Notes under the pieces: model-generated | What the model was told of the DNA's origin: nothing | Seen by the model: the letters and a program-made list of their open reading frames with translations, nothing else | The model's database searches: none | DNA from: Ranitomeya imitator | Lineage: Eukaryota | Reading direction: 5' to 3' | Assembly: GCF_032444005.1 (NCBI RefSeq) | Contig: NC_091282.1 | Span: forward strand, 266,228,001 to 266,292,000 | DNA: 64,000 nucleotides | Made by a program: the position numbers and the translations under genes | In this document: positions 59,456 through 64,000 of the stretch, one piece after another | How positions within the stretch are numbered: position 1 is the stretch's first letter | How the letters are laid out: each line of letters opens with the position of its first letter

Positions 59456-60123
59456 AAGGAACCTGTCACCATAAAAATACCATCCAATCTATAGGCAACA
59501 TGTTGTAGAGCAGGGGGAGCTGAGTAGATGGATATATAGTGTTGTCAGAAAAGATTCAGTATAACCTGTGATTTAGTCATTTGATTGTCTGCGTTTTCTG
59601 GGATTTTCGGTCTAGTGGGTGGTCCTGTCAGTGATTGTGAGCTTCCAATGTATAATAATAATAATCTTTATTTTTATATAGCGCTAACATATTCCGCAGC
59701 GCTTTACAGTTCTGCACACATTATCATCACTGTCCCCGATGGGGCTCACAGTCTAAATTCCTTATCAGTATGTCTTTGAAATGTGGGAGGAAACCGGAGT
59801 ACCCGGAGGAAACCCACGCAAACACGGGGAGAACATACAAACTCCTTGCAGATGGTGTCCAAGGTGGGATTAGAACCCAGGACTCCAGCGCTGCAATGCT
59901 ATCCACTGAGCCACCGTGCTGCCCACAAATAGGGATAGGTGTCAATCACTGATAGTACCACCGACTGGACTAGATATCCCAGAAAGGGCAAAGGATTCAA
60001 TGGTTAAAACATAGGTTATGATGACTGTTATCTCATAAAATTATATAACAATCTACTCAGCTCCCCTCGCTCTATAGCAAGATGTCTGCAGATTGGATGG
60101 TATTTTATGGTGACAGGTTCTCT
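59456..60123. mobile_element. Kolobok/T2-type MITE (TTAA flanks) containing a SINE
   Basis: TIRs AAGGAACCTGTCACCATAAAA / TTTTATGGTGACAGGTTCTCT, TTAA at 59452-59455 and 60124-60127. Confidence 0.75.
59652..59924 (-). mobile_element. tRNA-derived SINE (V-SINE-like) with L2-type 3' tail
   Basis: Pol III box A TGGCTCAGTGG (59903-59913), box B GGTTCTAATCC (59867-59877), central GTTCTCCCCGTGTTTGCGTGGGTTTCCTCCGGG domain, tail TGTAAAGCGCTGCGGAATATGTTAGCGCTATATAA + (ATT)n. Confidence 0.88.
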
Positions 60124-61122
60124 TTAAGATATAGTATAGATTAGAGAGGATATAACAGTAAGGACAGCAAACAGACAAATAGTGCGTGATTCTTTACAGT
60201 GTTTTTGACCAAAAGTTGCAAAATTTTACGTAACATGGAGTGGCACAAAAATCTTAGTACTTTTGCCATTTTTGCGCCAGTTCAAGGAAGCTTCGCCAAA
60301 ATCGGCAGAGCTGAGGAGAAATCAAGATGGGGGGGTGGCTATTCTCACCTCTCAAATTCATCAAAAGTGCTAGCATTCTCAGCATTCTCTGACTGGAGTA
60401 GCATTTCTGATGAGGTGCAATGGAGAGACATTGTAATGATAAGATGCGCCAAAGTCAGTAAGTGGCATGTGCGTCTTCATGAAAAAGATGCATCCTGCTC
60501 CAGCAAGCCTTTTGTTAAGAATGGACTGCAAAGTTTTAAAGAATCGATCCCATAGGGAGCAGGAGAATGTCTGTCAGAAATGGGACTATCAACAAGGTCT
60601 TTAATGTTTTTTTTAATACCTTGTTATAAAAGTAAAAAAATTCTCCAGTAGATTTTTGTTTAAAAAAAACACCTGGCAATATTATATAATATTATAAAAT
60701 AGCGAAAATCATTGTTACTCACTGTTAGTAATTGACGGACAAGTGGATGTTCAGGTCCATCGTGTTCGGCCGAAGATTTAAAAAAATGTTCAGTTCAGGT
60801 GCAAGAACCAGATCCCAGACCCCATTGAAATGAATGGGGGCCGAACATCCGGTGTTTCCCACACTGTCATCAGTGTTACAGCACAAGAAACACCAGTTCT
60901 GATAGGCGGTAAGTTCTTACCGTCAGTCAGAGCGCTGCAGTTCCCATGCTGTCATACAGATGACAGCGTGTGAGCCAGCAGCTATGACCGGTGGTAAAAA
61001 TGTTACCAACGGTCACAGGCGTCGACTAATGTGAGTACTACTCTCATCATCGTACGCCTGGTCTCACTGATAGTGAGAATCTAGGAAACACTGAGCTGAT
61101 CCTGAGAAATGCTGCCTGTGAT

Positions 61123-61433
61123 TGGTGATGAGCGAATATACTCTGTGCTCGAGATTTCCCGAGCACGCTCGGGTGTCCTCCGAGTATTTGTAAGTACTCA
61201 GAGATTTAGTTTTCCTCGCAGCAGCTGAATGATTTACATCTGTTAACCAGCTTGATTACATGTGGGGATTCCCTAGCAACCAGGCAACCCCCACATGTAC
61301 TTATGCTGGCTAACAGATGTAAATCATTCAGCTGCAGCGCTGAAAACGAAATCTCCGAGTACTTATAAATGCTCGGAGGACACCCAAGCGTGCTCGGGAA
61401 ATCTCGAGTACCGAGTATATTCGCTCATCACTA
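61123..61433. mobile_element. hAT-type MITE nested in a larger hAT-like remnant (~60760-62050)
   Basis: TIRs TGGTGATGAGCGAATATAC / GTATATTCGCTCATCACTA, 8-bp TSD CCTGTGAT / CCTGTGAC. Confidence 0.85.
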
Positions 61434-62056
61434 CCTGTGACCTCACCGCAGATCACTGAAGCTTAGCTTAGTATATCCTGGATTCACGGCTGAGCGATCA
61501 CATCATGTCATCACTCATCATGCAATCTGGGTGAAGCATAGTTGGTCTCTTCATGAGGTAAATCGATTGTTATCAGAGAGGTAACAAATAAGACATTTTT
61601 TTACTTTAGTTTTACATTAATAAATGTGTAAAAGATTGTGGGGAATGTTTATTTCAAATAAAGGCATTTTTCTGTGCGTTTACTTAAATTAAAAGGATTT
61701 TTTCTGTGTGTGTCTTTATTTAATTTTCATTACAGGGTTAGTAATGGGGGCATCTTATAGACGCCTTTCCATTACTAACACCTGGGATTGAAGTCAGCTG
61801 ACATCACAAAGCTGACATCAACCCCACAAATATTACCTCACTTGCCACCGCAAGTAAGAAGAGACAGGCAAATCGCCATAATTGGCCAATATCCATTGCC
61901 CCTTCCTAGTTTGAAAATACCAGCCCACATATATCTGCTTTATCTTGGCTGGTTGTCAAAGATGTGGGGGGACCCTAATTTATCTATTTAAATAATTTAA
62001 AAAAACGTGTGGAACCCTCTATTTTTGATAGCCAGCTAATATAAAGCACAGGCAAC

Positions 62057-62905
62057 ATCAATAGTAAAAACTTGGTCACACAGGGTTAATAGTAGCGGCT
62101 AGGGAGTACGTTACCCGCGGCATAACGCAGTCCGTTACCTCTTGCATTAACCCTCTGTGAGCGGTGACCGGAGGGGAGTATGGAGCGGGCGCTGACTGCG
62201 GGGAGTATGGAGCGGGGAGTATGGAGCGGGTGCCGGGGACACTGACTGCGGGGAGTATGGAGCGGGCACCGGGGACACTGACTGCGGGGAGTATGGAGAG
62301 GGCGCCGGGGACACTGACTGCAGGGAATATGGAGCGGGGAGTATGGAGCGGGCGCTGGAGACAGTGACTTCAGGGAGTATGGAGCGGGGAGTATGGAGCG
62401 GGCGCCGGGGACACCGACTGTGGGGAGTATGGAGTGGGCACCGGGGACACTGACTGCGGGGAGTATGGAGCGGGCACCGGAGACACTGACTTCAGGGAGT
62501 ATGGAGTGGGGAGTATGGAGCGGGCGCCGGGGACACTGACTACGGGGAGTATGGAGTGGGGAGCATGGAGCGGGCACCGGGGACACTGACTGCGGGGAGT
62601 ATGGAGTGGGGAGCATGGAGCGGGCACCGGGGACACTGACTGCGGGGAGTATGGTGCGGGCGCCGGGGACACTGACTGCGGGGAGTATGGAGTGGGCGGC
62701 AGCCACTGTGACTGCAGGAGAGTAGGGGAGGGACTAATCGGACTGTGCCCATCGCTGATTGGTCGTGGCAGCGATGACAGGCAGCTGGCGAGACAATCAG
62801 CGACTTGGATTCCATGACAGACAGAGGCCGCGACCAATAAATATCCGTGACAGAAAAAAGGACAGACAGAAAGACGGAAGTGAAACTTAGACAATTATAT
62901 ATAGA
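62057..62905 (-). mobile_element. 5' part of a Helitron-like element (same family as 37648-38789) with expanded G-rich minisatellite
   Basis: Minus-strand 5' end A|TCTATATATAATTGTCTAAG; ~36-bp unit GGGAGTATGGAGCGGGCGCCGGGGACACTGACTGCG with 12-bp extensions, ~62174-62700. Confidence 0.75.
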
Positions 62906-63726
62906 TTGGCAACCAAAAGCATTTTGTACAAAAGTAGGTTTCCTGATATTGGACAACTCTGTAACAAATAGCCTTCTCTTTTGCTTATTCTGTTTTAAAC
63001 ACCGTAAGGATGTAATTTTTTAGGTATTAAAGCATTAACAGCTTTACCTTAATATTCTGCTCACATCCAACACCCTACAGGGTGAATATAACTCTGTAAG
63101 TGTATTGTAAGTAATTCCCAGCATATGGATCTGTCTGTTCACAGTAACATTAGTCTCTGAGACAAGATCAATATGTGTGATTCAAGGGTAAGAGTGCATG
63201 CAAGGGCTGATATCATGTCAGGAGAGTTTCCATGACAAAAAGAAAAATAGAAGACATGACAGGACCTTCGACCTTTATTGTTGAATAGTAAGAAATTGTT
63301 AGTGTACTTAAAAGGTTTCATCACTTTGTTTTATACCAGAAGGGCTATAAAAAGGAATAGTGCCACTATTTATTCTGTATGCCTCGGATAATAGCCTACG
63401 TTGAGAAATGGTCTTGTAGAGAGGAGGTAGGCAGGATTCGAACCTTGGAAGGAGGAGATCTTTGAGGAACTTAGATGAAGTTAGAGATAATTGATTTCTA
63501 GGAACTAATAAATGTCACGAGAAGTCTGCCCTCAGTAGAATCAAATACTTATCTCAACTCTAGAAACATTCAATTGAGCTGATCTTGCAATCAATCACAC
63601 ACTTATATATAAAAATACGCTGAAACTTGCATTGGAAAGGATTTTACAGTTTCTGGAAGAACTTAATTGGCCGAGTTCACGAGTGCAAGCAGCTTCTGCA
63701 CTTTGGGTGTCATGCATGAAGGATAA

Positions 63727-64000
63727 AGGTACCGTCACACTAAGCGACGCTGCAGCGATACCGACAACGATGTCGATCGCTGCAGCGTCGCTGTTTGGTC
63801 GCTGGAGAGCTGTCACACAGACAGCTCTCCAGCGATCAACGATCCCGAGGTCCCGGGTAACCAGGGTAAACATCGGGTTACTAAGCGCAGGGCCGCGCTT
63901 AGTAACCTGATGTTTACCCTGGTTACCAGCGTAAACGTTAAAAAAACAAACACTACATACTTACCTTCTGCTGTCTGTCCTCCGGCGCTGTGCTTTCCTC
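63727..64000. mobile_element. PIF/Harbinger-type MITE, same family as 51201-51930, cut by the window end
   Basis: TAA|AGGTACCGTCACACTAAGCGAC and matching internal sequence. Confidence 0.8.

Noticed and set aside
59860-59924. tRNA-like A/B boxes
   Set aside because: This is the head of a SINE; there is no cloverleaf, anticodon arm or acceptor stem.
62086-62956. Several 130-200-aa Pro/Ser-rich ORFs
   Set aside because: Stop-free by-product of a GC-rich minisatellite, open in multiple frames.

Overview
Eukaryotic (vertebrate, most likely anuran amphibian, inferred from the repeat families) genomic DNA dominated by heavily nested transposable elements; no prokaryotic-type genes, rRNA, true tRNA or CRISPR. 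Supported elements: an L2 and a CR1 LINE, three chromodomain Ty3/Gypsy LTR retrotransposons (one intact with a single 1.4k-aa gag-pol ORF, one with a single nonsense codon, one decayed) plus solo LTRs, one intact IR/DR Tc1 transposon (DD34E, 340 aa) and three decayed Tc1 remnants, hAT, PIF/Harbinger, piggyBac-like and Kolobok-like non-autonomous elements, three Helitron-like elements with internal minisatellites, a tRNA-derived SINE with an L2 tail, and two Penelope-like fragments that each carry a minimal hammerhead ribozyme. Highlights: (i) two type-I hammerhead motifs, one canonical and one with the compensatory U3-A8 core; (ii) all three Gypsy elements show a Tf1/sushi-type self-priming signature with covarying R/PBS sequences; (iii) the young Gypsy family makes 6-bp TSDs in 4 of 4 insertions; (iv) a piggyBac-like element flanked by ATAG instead of TTAA; (v) weak-to-moderate evidence for an unidentified minus-strand spliced host gene whose small exons lie between the repeats. 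All alignments and counts were done by eye.
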